A stretch of 30,031 bases of DNA, taken from positions 1 through 30,031 of the forward strand of contig WRNX01000002.1 of assembly GCA_009776395.1 (NCBI GenBank). The letters are read 5' to 3'. Below are positions 16,387 to 25,901 of the stretch, in pieces (position 1 is the stretch's first letter; every line of letters begins with the position of its first letter). The DNA is from Lentimicrobiaceae bacterium (GTDB lineage: Bacteria > Bacteroidota > Bacteroidia > Bacteroidales > WCHB1-69). Under the pieces are notes generated by a model that worked only from the letters and a program-made list of their open reading frames with translations, did not search any database and was not told the origin of the DNA. Position numbers and translations under genes: made by a program.

Positions 16387-16496
16387 AGGAGATAGTAATG
16401 GATATTCGGAATTTGCTTTCGGGAGTTTACTTATTAAAAATATTCACAGAGGCAGGGGTAGTAGTGAATTTTCCCCTCTCTTAAATAATATTCTTA

Positions 16497-17072
16497 TCAC
16501 CATTCTTCCCCATATAAGGCAATAATCTCATCCGGAGATTGTCCTAAATATTGAAGATAAGATTCAACATTCATAGCAAGCGTATCTGCGGAGTATTTTG
16601 CTATAAATTCTCTGTAATAAAATTCAGCATTTTCATAATCATGGAGAATATCAGCATATACAACCCCTTTATTAAGAATGCAATTTTTTACTCTGTTAAA
16701 TTCAGGATAAACATTCAAAATATTATCGAAAATAATTAAGGCTTTTTGGCTATACAATATTGTTTCCTCTGAATTATCAGAGTTTTTTGCTACAGCCATG
16801 GCTAATAGCCCTGCCTTAAAGAGAAATTCAGCCGCCATTGGATCCTCGGGATAAGTATTACAAAATTCTTCCACTTTGAAAATGTATTCTTGTGAAATCA
16901 AAGGATCATATTCGCTTACATTATTCAATGAATCAATTTGTTGTAATAATTGCAGCACACATGTTTGCGATTTTCCCTTTTGCTGTAGTAGCGTATTATT
17001 TGTTTCTCTGTGACAGCTTATTCCCATAATTAATAAAAAAAAGGAAATGCAAATCAATATTTTCTGTTTCAT
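16497..17072 (-). CDS. TPR-like helical lipoprotein
   Basis: Lipobox GISC; FCNTYPEDPMAAEFLFKAG and YENAEFYYREFIAKY helical repeats; lies downstream of def. Confidence 0.8.
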   Translation of the reverse strand: MKQKILICISFFLLIMGISCHRETNNTLLQQKGKSQTCVLQLLQQIDSLNNVSEYDPLISQEYIFKVEEFCNTYPEDPMAAEFLFKAGLLAMAVAKNSDNSEETILYSQKALIIFDNILNVYPEFNRVKNCILNKGVVYADILHDYENAEFYYREFIAKYSADTLAMNVESYLQYLGQSPDEIIALYGEEW

Positions 17073-17074
17073 AA

Positions 17075-17623
17075 TTAATTAAATTTTGATTTATATTTTG
17101 GCTTCGTTTTACCGGAAGCAATATCGTTTAATTTTTTCTTTACAATCATTTTTCTGATAGAAGAAAGTCGGTCTGTAAAAACATGACCTTCCAAATGATC
17201 TAATTCATGTAGAATCACCCTGGCTGCCAATCCTTTAAAATGTGTTGTTTTTCTTTCAAATTCGCTATTAAAGTAAGTGAGAATAATTTCTGATTTTCTA
17301 ACCACATCTTCTCTAATTTCCGGCAAACTTAAACAACCTTCGTTAAAAGTAAAATCCTCTCCCAAAATTTCCACCACTTCGGGATTAATAAAAGCCTCTT
17401 TAAGTAACTCAACATCAGGATATGATTCTTTAAAACCATAGGTATCAATAACAAATAATCTCCATGCTTGTCCTACTTGCGGAGCGGCAAGTCCTACTCC
17501 TTCAGCATGATACATAGTTTCAAACATTTCATCAATAAATTCTTGCAAATTTGGTTTATTAAGAGAAACTTCGCTTGCTTTTTTTCTTAATGCAGGATGT
17601 CCGAATACGCAAATAGTCAACAT
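17075..17623 (-). CDS. def: Peptide deformylase
   Basis: GVGLAAPQVG, EGCLS, HELDH. Confidence 0.97.
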   Translation of the reverse strand: MLTICVFGHPALRKKASEVSLNKPNLQEFIDEMFETMYHAEGVGLAAPQVGQAWRLFVIDTYGFKESYPDVELLKEAFINPEVVEILGEDFTFNEGCLSLPEIREDVVRKSEIILTYFNSEFERKTTHFKGLAARVILHELDHLEGHVFTDRLSSIRKMIVKKKLNDIASGKTKPKYKSKFN

Positions 17624-17638
17624 AGTGTTTAGTGTTTA
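17624..17638 (-). repeat. Heptamer dimer forming the whole ruvX-def spacer
   Basis: Minus strand TAAACAC-TAAACAC-T then ATG; the first TAA is the ruvX stop. Confidence 0.7.
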
Positions 17639-18052
17639 TTTTTTAATTGATTGTAAGTACCCTTGCAGGATAATAGTGGCGCTAATTTTATCAATGAGTG
17701 CTTTATTGGTGCGTGTTTTTTTATTTACACCTGCGTCTATTAGCGTTTGAAAAGCCATCTTTGAGGTAAAACGTTCATCAAAACGTTCAATTTTAATATT
17801 CTGTAACTCTTTTTTTAAGCGATTCACAAAAGGTTCAATAAAACGGGCGGCATCTGAATTAGTATTATTCATGGTTTTGGGCTCTCCCACCACAATCGTT
17901 TCTACATTTTCTTTTGCGATGTAGTTTACTAAATAGTCAAACGCTTTTGAAACACGTATTGTTTCCAATGCATGAGCACAAATTTGCAATTCATCTGTAA
18001 CTGCAAATCCTACTCTTTTTTGTCCATAATCAATGGATAAAATTCTACCCAT
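17636..18052 (-). CDS. ruvX: Holliday junction resolvase-like / pre-16S rRNA nuclease YqgF
   Basis: ILSIDYGQKRVGFAVTD, IVVGEP, DERFTS, IDKISATIILQ. Confidence 0.96.
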   Translation of the reverse strand: MGRILSIDYGQKRVGFAVTDELQICAHALETIRVSKAFDYLVNYIAKENVETIVVGEPKTMNNTNSDAARFIEPFVNRLKKELQNIKIERFDERFTSKMAFQTLIDAGVNKKTRTNKALIDKISATIILQGYLQSIKK

Positions 18053-18069
18053 ACATTTTCTTTGTTTTG

Positions 18070-18142
<73 letters not shown>

Positions 18143-18154
18143 AGTTAGGAGCGG

Positions 18155-18235
18155 CAAAAATATATGAAAATTTGAAAAATAGATTTATAAAAAGAATAAT
18201 TTTTGTTCTTTAATATCATAATAATATTATTTTTG
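18155..18235. promoter_or_regulatory. Divergent -7 boxes for trnT-ruvX-def-TPR and trxB
   Basis: TATTTTTG on minus at 18155-18162 and on plus at 18228-18235. Confidence 0.75.
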
Positions 18236-18288
18236 CCATGCAATATACGAAAGTATTCTAATGCGTTCAATTAATAATAAAAAAAATT

Positions 18289-19227
18289 ATGACTTATAAA
18301 TGTGTAATTATTGGTGGAGGACCTGCTGGATATACTGCTGGAATTTACGCTTCAAGGGCAGGAATAAATCCTGTGATCTATGAAGGTATGCAACCTGGTG
18401 GACAATTGACAATTACTTCTGAAGTAGAAAATTTTCCAGGTTATCCTAATGAAGAATCGGGTCCTGTAATTATGGATAATTTTAAAAAACAAGCATTACG
18501 TTTAGGAACTGACATAAGGTCGGGTGAGATAACTGAAGTTAATTTTTCAAAATACCCTTTTCGTATGGTGGTGGACTATGAGCATGAAATTTTTTCAGAA
18601 ACTGTTATTATTGCTACTGGAGCAAAAGCACGTTGGCTTGGGTTGGATAGCGAAGAACAATATAGAGGATTTGGAGTTTCAACATGTGCCACCTGTGATG
18701 GCGCATTCTTTAAAGGAAAAACTGTTGCTGTGATTGGGGGGGGAGATACTGCGTTAGAAGAAGCATACTATCTATCCAAAATAGCCGCAAAAGTATATCT
18801 TATACACCGCCGAGACAACTTCAGAGCTACAAAAGTACTGCAAGATAGAATATTTAAAACATCAAATATTGAATTGGTAATGGATACTATTACTATTGAG
18901 ATAATAGGAGTGAAAAATGGATTTTCGAGAAAAGTAACAGGTTTACGAATTCAAAATACGAAAACAGAATTGTTGACCGAGATTGCTTTAGATGGTATTT
19001 TTGTTGCAATAGGTGTAACACCTGTAACAGATCTTTTTGTTGGACAATTGGAATTAGATGAACAGAAATACATAAAAACAAAAGGAGAAAGACCACTTAC
19101 GAGTATATCGGGAGTTTTTGCAGCGGGTGATGTACAAGACCCTTTCTATCGGCAAGCATGTACGGCAGCGGCTTCAGGATGCAAAGCAGCAATAGAAGCA
19201 GAACGCTTTCTTGCAGCATTATCTTAA
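18289..19227 (+). CDS. trxB: Thioredoxin reductase
   Basis: IIGGGPAG, GGQL, VENFPG, CATCD, VIGGGDTALEEA, IHRR, FAAGDVQD. Confidence 0.98.
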   Translation: MTYKCVIIGGGPAGYTAGIYASRAGINPVIYEGMQPGGQLTITSEVENFPGYPNEESGPVIMDNFKKQALRLGTDIRSGEITEVNFSKYPFRMVVDYEHEIFSETVIIATGAKARWLGLDSEEQYRGFGVSTCATCDGAFFKGKTVAVIGGGDTALEEAYYLSKIAAKVYLIHRRDNFRATKVLQDRIFKTSNIELVMDTITIEIIGVKNGFSRKVTGLRIQNTKTELLTEIALDGIFVAIGVTPVTDLFVGQLELDEQKYIKTKGERPLTSISGVFAAGDVQDPFYRQACTAAASGCKAAIEAERFLAALS

Positions 19228-19304
19228 TTTAAAAAATGATATGTATGTAAAAAAATATTCAGTGCATATCCTTGTTTGTAACTTTTGAAATCTAATCACT
19301 AACA

Positions 19305-21056
19305 ATGCCCCTCATCACTCCCCAGGACATCGTGCGCCAATCGAACAAATTGAGAAGATCGTTTTCTAAATTGATGATGAATGTGTTAGGATTTAATAAA
19401 TTAAACGATTCTTACGCCGCCACCGCTGAGTATTTGGGCAACGATGTTACTGCGCATTATCTCTTCCAACATAATATTAAATATATAGTAGATGAAACTA
19501 ATTTGAAAAATGTTCCCGAAAAAGGAAGTTGCGTTTTAATTTGCAATCACCCCACAGGAATGTTAGATGGCATAGTTCTCATTGATTTAATTTCCAGAAT
19601 TCGCCCGGATGTAAAATTCTTGGGTAATTTTCTTCTGGGAAGAATGGATGTTTTGGAAAAGTTTTTTATTGAAGTAGACCCATTTGATTCCAAAAGTTCT
19701 CAAAATATTAAAGGGATAAAAACAGCGCTGCAACATATAAAAGAGGGAAACTGTCTGGCAATGTTTCCGGCTGGCGAAGTATCTACTGTTCACGGGTTTA
19801 GAATACAGGATAAAAAATGGCCCAACTCTATGATGAAATTTATTCGAAAGGTAAAGGCGCCTATTGTTCCTATGTTTATGTCGGGAAAAAATTCCCTTTC
19901 TTTTCATATTTTGGGATTTCTTCATCCCATTTTTCGAACCATTCAGTTGGTGCGCCAATTCAATAGAAAAGATAATACTACGGTAAGAGTTGCCATCGGT
20001 GCGCCCATTTTGCCTGTACGCACCGCTTCTTTAAACAATAAAGAGTATGCCGATTTTGTGAGAATGAATGTGGATCTGTTGCGAAAAACGATTACTGAAA
20101 AAACAGATACGCCAAAAACTACCAACATGATGATTGCCCCCATTGCGCAATCTCAAAATAAAGATTTGATTGTTAGTGAAATAAATGAAATAAAAAAAGA
20201 ACACACCCTCTTTCAACAGGGCCCTTTTACTTTGTTGTTTGCACATCCTAAAAAACTTAACTATGTAATTGAAGAGATAGGAAGATTGCGAGAGATCACT
20301 TTTAGAGAAGTGGGCGAAGGCACGAATAAAACGCTTGACCTTGACAAATACGATGAATATTATCACCAACTTTTTATTTGGGATGAAGAGCACGAAACTA
20401 TTGTAGGCGCTTACCGAATTGGAATGGGGAGTGAAATTATTACAAAATATGGAAGAAAAGGGTTTTATACCGATTCTATGTTTCAGTTAGGCAAACCTTT
20501 AAATCCTGTTTTGCATAAAGCGGTGGAGTTGGGACGCTCGTTCATTATTAAACCCTATCAAGGAAACTCCGTAACGCTTATGTTGTTGTGGAAAGGAATT
20601 TTGCAAGTGTTGTTAGAAAACGATGAATATCGCTATCTGATTGGTCCCGTTTCTATCTCTAATGATTATTCCGATATTTCTAAAACATTGATTGAAAGAT
20701 ATATCAAAAAACATCATTTTGATTATTACAATGGAAAATTTGTAAATCCTGTTCATCCGCTACCCAAAGAAAAATTCGGTTTTGTAAAAAGTTATTTAAA
20801 AGATGTGAACAGTTTGGAACTTTTGGATAAACTGATTATTGATTTGGAAAACAAACAGCGCGGGTTGCCTGTGTTGGTGAAAAGATATTTACAATTAGGA
20901 AGTAAAGTGTTGGCGTTTAATATAGATGTGGATTTTAACAATTGTGTGGATGCTTTAATTTTGTTGGATTTAAAGAATGTGCCCGAAAAAACATTAACCA
21001 TGCTTTCTAAAGATATGAATATAAATGCAGTAGAAAGATTTCAAAAACTTCAATAA
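19305..21056 (+). CDS. Two-domain acyltransferase: PlsC-like O-acyltransferase + GNAT N-acyltransferase (OlsF-like amino-lipid synthase)
   Basis: NHPTGMLD (HxxxxD) and FPAGEVS in the N-terminal half; EIGRLREITFREVGEG, DLDKYD, IVGAYR, ELGRSF, LPVLVKRYL in the C-terminal half. Confidence 0.85.
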   Translation: MPLITPQDIVRQSNKLRRSFSKLMMNVLGFNKLNDSYAATAEYLGNDVTAHYLFQHNIKYIVDETNLKNVPEKGSCVLICNHPTGMLDGIVLIDLISRIRPDVKFLGNFLLGRMDVLEKFFIEVDPFDSKSSQNIKGIKTALQHIKEGNCLAMFPAGEVSTVHGFRIQDKKWPNSMMKFIRKVKAPIVPMFMSGKNSLSFHILGFLHPIFRTIQLVRQFNRKDNTTVRVAIGAPILPVRTASLNNKEYADFVRMNVDLLRKTITEKTDTPKTTNMMIAPIAQSQNKDLIVSEINEIKKEHTLFQQGPFTLLFAHPKKLNYVIEEIGRLREITFREVGEGTNKTLDLDKYDEYYHQLFIWDEEHETIVGAYRIGMGSEIITKYGRKGFYTDSMFQLGKPLNPVLHKAVELGRSFIIKPYQGNSVTLMLLWKGILQVLLENDEYRYLIGPVSISNDYSDISKTLIERYIKKHHFDYYNGKFVNPVHPLPKEKFGFVKSYLKDVNSLELLDKLIIDLENKQRGLPVLVKRYLQLGSKVLAFNIDVDFNNCVDALILLDLKNVPEKTLTMLSKDMNINAVERFQKLQ

Positions 21057-21575
21057 ATGGATGATTTTTTTTATTTGGGTGTAATTACCAAAACTTTCGG
21101 TTATAAAGGGCAAGTAGTGATCTATTTAGATACAGATGAACCTGAAAAATACAAAACGTTAGATGCAGTGTTCTTGAAAGATACAGATGAGATGTTGCCT
21201 TATATGATTGAAGAGTTTATTTACAAAGGCGCCAATCAGGCAATCGTAAAATTTGCGGATACAGATGGCGAAGATGCCAAAAACTTACTAAAAGCGGAAC
21301 TCTATTTACCCATGAGTGATTTACCTCCTTTAACAGGAAATAAGTTCTATTTTCATGAAGTAATTGGTTTTGATGTGATAGACAAAGAAAAGGGAAATAT
21401 TGGGAAATGTCTTGATTTTATGGAAATAAGTCATCAGCCTATCATGCAAATTGACTATAACGGAACTGAGATTTTAATTCCTGCGGTAGATGATATTTTT
21501 GAAACGGTGGACAGAGATAACAAAACGATTACTATTTCTGCGCCGGAGGGGTTGATAGAGATTTATTTACAATGA
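21057..21575 (+). CDS. rimM: Ribosome maturation factor RimM
   Basis: GVITKTFGYKGQV, FYFHEVIGF, EILIPAVDD, PEGLIEIY. Confidence 0.95.
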   Translation: MDDFFYLGVITKTFGYKGQVVIYLDTDEPEKYKTLDAVFLKDTDEMLPYMIEEFIYKGANQAIVKFADTDGEDAKNLLKAELYLPMSDLPPLTGNKFYFHEVIGFDVIDKEKGNIGKCLDFMEISHQPIMQIDYNGTEILIPAVDDIFETVDRDNKTITISAPEGLIEIYLQ

Positions 21576-21585
21576 ATAATATCTC

Positions 21586-22254
21586 TTACCAAACAATCTC
21601 TGTTTTTCCAATATTTCGTAAAATATCATTTGTCTTTGAGAAATGCTTACATCCAAAAAATCCTGCGTGCGCCGATAATGGTGAGGGATGCACTGTTTCC
21701 AAAATGTAATGTTTTGTTCGATCAATAAGCATGGCTTTAGCGCGAGCATAGTTTCCCCATAATAGAAAAACCAATCCTTCCCGTTGTTTAGAGAGTTGTT
21801 GAATCACAGCATCTGTAAACTGTTCCCACCCTTTATTTTGATGCGATCCGGCTTGATGTGCGCGAACGGTAAGAGTGGCATTAAGTAAAAACACGCCCTG
21901 CATTGCCCAACGGGTTAAATTACCACTAACAGGAATTGATACACCCACATCATCGTGAAGTTCTTTAAAAATGTTAATCAATGATTTAGGATGCGGCACG
22001 CCATCTGGAACCGAAAAACACAAACCATGTGCTTGTCCAAAATCATGATACGGATCTTGACCTAATATCACCACTTTTACCTCTTGAAATGGCGTAAGAT
22101 TAAACGCATTAAAAATGAATTTTCCGAAAGGAAAAACGGTAAACATTTTCTTTTCTTCAATTAGAAAAACCTTTAACTGTGCAAAAGAGGGAGCGGCAAA
22201 CGCCTCTGCAAGCACCTCTTTCCATGAGGATTCAATTTGAGGGGTAATAGTCAT
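21586..22254 (-). CDS. ung: Uracil-DNA glycosylase (family 1)
   Basis: GQDPYH, AHGLCFSV, LLNATLTV, HPSPLSA. Confidence 0.98.
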   Translation of the reverse strand: MTITPQIESSWKEVLAEAFAAPSFAQLKVFLIEEKKMFTVFPFGKFIFNAFNLTPFQEVKVVILGQDPYHDFGQAHGLCFSVPDGVPHPKSLINIFKELHDDVGVSIPVSGNLTRWAMQGVFLLNATLTVRAHQAGSHQNKGWEQFTDAVIQQLSKQREGLVFLLWGNYARAKAMLIDRTKHYILETVHPSPLSAHAGFFGCKHFSKTNDILRNIGKTEIVW

Positions 22255-22296
22255 AATAAAAAAAATATTATTCTTTCTTAAAAGTAAACTCCATTT

Positions 22297-22728
22297 TTAG
22301 CTATGCACTCTCAATCTCACACCGTCGTATTCAGTGTAATATTGTCTTAATGGATATTTTGAAGATCCCGTAATTACGCTTCCATCTAAAATGTTGTACA
22401 ATGTACTGCATTTTTCACAACGTAAAGTTATTCCGTCATTTTCCACAGAAACTCTTGGCGCGTCAGCATCATCCCAATCGTAGGGACAAGAACGGTCAAA
22501 TGCGCTGAATCCCATCAATTCACCTATCCTATATACTACAATCCCTTTCCTGTTTACGCCGCCTGTAAAATACATGTGTCCACCGTCGTAATTCAAATCT
22601 AAATACATAACATCATTAGGATAAATAGAAAAATTGACATAAACTTTTGGCATAGGGTTATCATACTTTACACAACTATAGGGTAGACAAAAAAATAGTG
22701 CTAATAAAATTCGAGCTATATTTTTCAT
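22297..22728 (-). CDS. Lipoprotein with a degenerate Rieske-like domain
   Basis: Lipobox PYSC; AFDRSCPY ... LRCEKCSTLYNILDGS ... PLRQY. Confidence 0.7.
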   Translation of the reverse strand: MKNIARILLALFFCLPYSCVKYDNPMPKVYVNFSIYPNDVMYLDLNYDGGHMYFTGGVNRKGIVVYRIGELMGFSAFDRSCPYDWDDADAPRVSVENDGITLRCEKCSTLYNILDGSVITGSSKYPLRQYYTEYDGVRLRVHS

Positions 22729-22730
22729 TA

Positions 22731-22800
22731 TAAGATTTAAAATTTCAAGTTATGAGTTACGAGTTACAAGTTCTGCTTAAACCACTAATCACTAATCACC
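22731..22800 (-). repeat. Composite heptamer/octamer arrays filling the clpX-lipoprotein spacer
   Basis: Plus strand TTCAAGT-TATGAGT-TACGAGT-TACAAGT (22744-22771) and AACCACT-AATCACT-AATCACC (22780-22800); TAAATCTT on minus just before the ATG. Confidence 0.88.
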
Positions 22801-24009
22801 CTTCTCTCCCATCTGTCCTGCTGCATATTTTTTATCAATTTCAATTTTCTTTTGTTTAGAAGATGGAAATTCATACATGGCGTTTGTCATAATTCTTTCC
22901 ATAATTGAGCGTAAACCTCGCGCACCTAACTTCAAAGAAATGGTTTTATCCACAATATAATCAATCGCATCTTCGGTAAAAGTCAATTCTATTCCATCGA
23001 AAATAAATAAACGTTCATATTGTTTAATTAGTGCATTTTTGGGTTCAAGTAAAATTCGTTTCAACGCATCTTTATCTAAAGAAGAAAGGTAAGTAATCAT
23101 GGGGAAACGTCCACACAGTTCTGGAATCAATCCGAAATTTTTTAAATCTTGGGCTGTGATATACTGCATCATATTGTTTTTATCCAACACTCTGTTTTCC
23201 TGATTATACCCTATCCTATTAGTATTCAATCGTTCTGCAATAATCTTATCCATTTGATTGAATGCGCCGCTTGCGATAAACAGAATATTTTGGGTATTCA
23301 CCACAATAAATTTTTGTTCGGGGTGTTTTCTACCCCCCTCTGGCGGAACATTCACGGTTGCACCTTCTAACAGTTTTAACATTGCCTGTTGCACGCCCTC
23401 ACCCGAAACATCACGAGTAATGGATGGATTATCTGCTCCTTTACGTGCAATTTTGTCAATTTCATCAATAAACACAATGCCGCATTCTGCTTTTTCAACG
23501 TTATAGTCAGCGGCTTGTAATAATCGAGAAAGAATGCTTTCCACATCTTCGCCCACGTAGCCGGCTTCGGTAAATACAGTGGCGTCTGCAATACAAAACG
23601 GCACATCTAACAAACGCGCAATAGTTCTTGCCAACAATGTTTTACCGGTTCCTGTTTCTCCTACCAGCATAATATTCGATTTTTCCAGTTCTACATCGTT
23701 GTTATCTTGCGCCGCATGAAGTAGTCGTTTATAATGATTATACACTGCCACTGCAATCACTTTTTTTGCCTCTTCCTGCCCTATGACATATTCGTCTAAT
23801 TTTTCTTTAATTTCGATAGGTTTTAGTAACTTGAATTTTAGTTCTCTTTTTTTATTTTTTTCGGCGTGAATATGGTTTTCTCTAACTATATTGCTAACAG
23901 TTTCACAGCATTCATCACACATTAAAGCGTCAATTCCATTTACGTGAAATTCGTTTCTTTTTATTGGACGCCCGCAAAACGAGCAAAATAGGGTTTCTTT
24001 TCTTGGCAT
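22792..24009 (-). CDS. clpX: ATP-dependent Clp protease ATP-binding subunit ClpX
   Basis: CSFC...CDEC zinc finger, [51 protein letters not shown]. Confidence 0.98.
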   Translation of the reverse strand: MPRKETLFCSFCGRPIKRNEFHVNGIDALMCDECCETVSNIVRENHIHAEKNKKRELKFKLLKPIEIKEKLDEYVIGQEEAKKVIAVAVYNHYKRLLHAAQDNNDVELEKSNIMLVGETGTGKTLLARTIARLLDVPFCIADATVFTEAGYVGEDVESILSRLLQAADYNVEKAECGIVFIDEIDKIARKGADNPSITRDVSGEGVQQAMLKLLEGATVNVPPEGGRKHPEQKFIVVNTQNILFIASGAFNQMDKIIAERLNTNRIGYNQENRVLDKNNMMQYITAQDLKNFGLIPELCGRFPMITYLSSLDKDALKRILLEPKNALIKQYERLFIFDGIELTFTEDAIDYIVDKTISLKLGARGLRSIMERIMTNAMYEFPSSKQKKIEIDKKYAAGQMGEKGD

Positions 24010-24023
24010 TTTTTTTGTATTTA

Positions 24024-25445
24024 TTAATAACGTTCATACATTGCTTCAAACGTTTGGGTGAGTACATTGGCAATCTCTTTAGCGCCTTTGGTAGTGAAAT
24101 GTACGTAATCGTTTCCAGCCCATCCTTTTTTTACCCATGCTTTCATAGAATTGGCGCCTCCCATCACTTTATACATGTTCCAAAATGCAGCGCCCGATTT
24201 AGGAATTTCCGCGCTAAGCTGCGCAACCAAATAGGGTAGATGTTTGTACGTTTTCAGTTCGCCATCCACCACCGAAAGCATATCGGAGGGACCAATAAAC
24301 AGAATGGGAATATCAGGCACAACCCGTTGTAAATATTTAATTTGCGAGATAATGTTTGTTACATAAATATCCACGCTTTTTTCACCCGACAGCCCCGGCA
24401 CCGCATTTCCTCCATATTGCAAAACAATCATTCCCACATCCATCAATTTCAAAGTTTCCCGCATCAGTGAATCATTCATAGAAGTAAAATGCAATCCGTT
24501 TGCGCCGCGCATCGCAATATTGTCCACTGCAACACCAAAACCATCATCCATCAAAACGCCATAAATATTAGCGTTTCCTTTCATATCAATGGAAAATGAT
24601 TGGGTAGAAAAATGTAACGGAAAATCCAATAACTGAATACCCAACGAATCTGCCGCTACTTGATATTTGGTTTGATTGGTTTTATCTGTCAATTCAGCAC
24701 TGAAACTTCCTTTTAAATTATTAATTAACAATGATATATTTGAATAATTATCCCTTCGATCTGTTTCCCCTTTTCTATTTATTATGCTTGCGGTAAAACT
24801 GTTTTTACCATCTATTCTAAACATTTTAGCCAACGGACCGTAGTCGTTTTCTTTGTTTTTTCGCGTTTCGCCCCAAAGAGAAAAGCAGGAGTAATCGCCA
24901 GAATAACTTTGGTTTAAAGCGCCGGTAGGAATCGTTTGATGATAGGGAACCATTCCAACGCCTCCACCTCCAAATTTTTGTTGAAAAAATTGTCTTAAAT
25001 TATTGCTAAATCTATCTAATTCAATTTGAGAATCACCATAATATAAAACTCTTACAATCTTATGCTGCGCTCTTGCGTTCTCGGCTTTTTCAAAAAAAGT
25101 ATTAAAATAGGATAGATTTCCTTGTGGCAATTCGAAAGTGGATTCCATTTTTTCAAGCGCTGCTACTAAATAATTAGCCGTATCTTTTGTAACGCTTTTT
25201 TTAGTAGATGTGTCAATAGCAACAACATCATCCGTAATAGCAGTAATTTTCCATTGTTTAAGAATCTCTTCGGGGTCTTCGTCAAAATCTTGTGAGTGCG
25301 TCATAATTTCTGTTAAAGAAGGAAATCGTAACGTTTTAGAAAACAGCGTAATTCCGTTAGTGGGAAATAAAACCGCGATGAGCGCTAAACAGGCGATCAC
25401 GATGATGATAAAAAGTAGAATTTTTTGCGGTTTCATCTCATTCAA
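24024..25445 (-). CDS. Membrane-anchored SGNH/GDSL hydrolase-fold protein
   Basis: N-terminal TM; YYGDSQIE (block I), QYGGN (block III), DYVH (block V). Confidence 0.85.
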   Translation of the reverse strand: MNEMKPQKILLFIIIVIACLALIAVLFPTNGITLFSKTLRFPSLTEIMTHSQDFDEDPEEILKQWKITAITDDVVAIDTSTKKSVTKDTANYLVAALEKMESTFELPQGNLSYFNTFFEKAENARAQHKIVRVLYYGDSQIELDRFSNNLRQFFQQKFGGGGVGMVPYHQTIPTGALNQSYSGDYSCFSLWGETRKNKENDYGPLAKMFRIDGKNSFTASIINRKGETDRRDNYSNISLLINNLKGSFSAELTDKTNQTKYQVAADSLGIQLLDFPLHFSTQSFSIDMKGNANIYGVLMDDGFGVAVDNIAMRGANGLHFTSMNDSLMRETLKLMDVGMIVLQYGGNAVPGLSGEKSVDIYVTNIISQIKYLQRVVPDIPILFIGPSDMLSVVDGELKTYKHLPYLVAQLSAEIPKSGAAFWNMYKVMGGANSMKAWVKKGWAGNDYVHFTTKGAKEIANVLTQTFEAMYERY

Positions 25446-25886
25446 TTAACTATCAAAGAATTTAATATTGTTCATAATGTCTGATATTTTAAAACCTTTA
25501 CTTGATAGAAAACGTACCAATTTAGGAAAAGTTGTTTTCGATAATTCGTTATTTTTTTTCCATTTTTCTATATTTTTCTGCAACTGTTCGTTCCAGTCTG
25601 TTTTTTCAATATTATTTAATGCATTATGAATAATATCATTAGAAATACCTTTTTGTTGTAAATGAAATTTAATTTTGGCATATCCCCATCCTTTGGTTTT
25701 TAATTTTGCATTCACATAATTTTCAGCAAAACGTTCTTCGTTTAAAAAATCTTCAGCAATTAATTGGTTAATAATAGTTGCTATTTCATCTTCAGAAAGG
25801 ATAGCGCCTTTTAATTTAGTTCTTACTTCTGCTATAGATCGGTCTTGGTAGGCGCAAAATTTTAGGATTTTTGAAAGCGTAAACAT
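25446..25886 (-). CDS. recX: Regulatory protein RecX
   Basis: CAYQDRS, FLNEERFAENYV, KGWGYAKI...LQQKGI, LVRFLSSKGF. Confidence 0.92.
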   Translation of the reverse strand: MFTLSKILKFCAYQDRSIAEVRTKLKGAILSEDEIATIINQLIAEDFLNEERFAENYVNAKLKTKGWGYAKIKFHLQQKGISNDIIHNALNNIEKTDWNEQLQKNIEKWKKNNELSKTTFPKLVRFLSSKGFKISDIMNNIKFFDS

Positions 25887-25901
25887 TGAAACAATAGCGT
25901 C

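Larger units (their letters stand above)
15930..16484 (+). pseudogene. Orphan C-terminal fragment of a T9SS-secreted protein (BACON/Ig-like domain + type A CTD)
   Basis: No signal peptide. The frame is open upstream of ATG 16011 with protein-like WYNATWSSTVYEKGIEG...; GIDE...IKVYPNPTTGEL...IEVFDIYGR...LLSGVYLLKI is a CTD; the terminal basic strand is replaced by VVVNFPLS. Confidence 0.7.
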
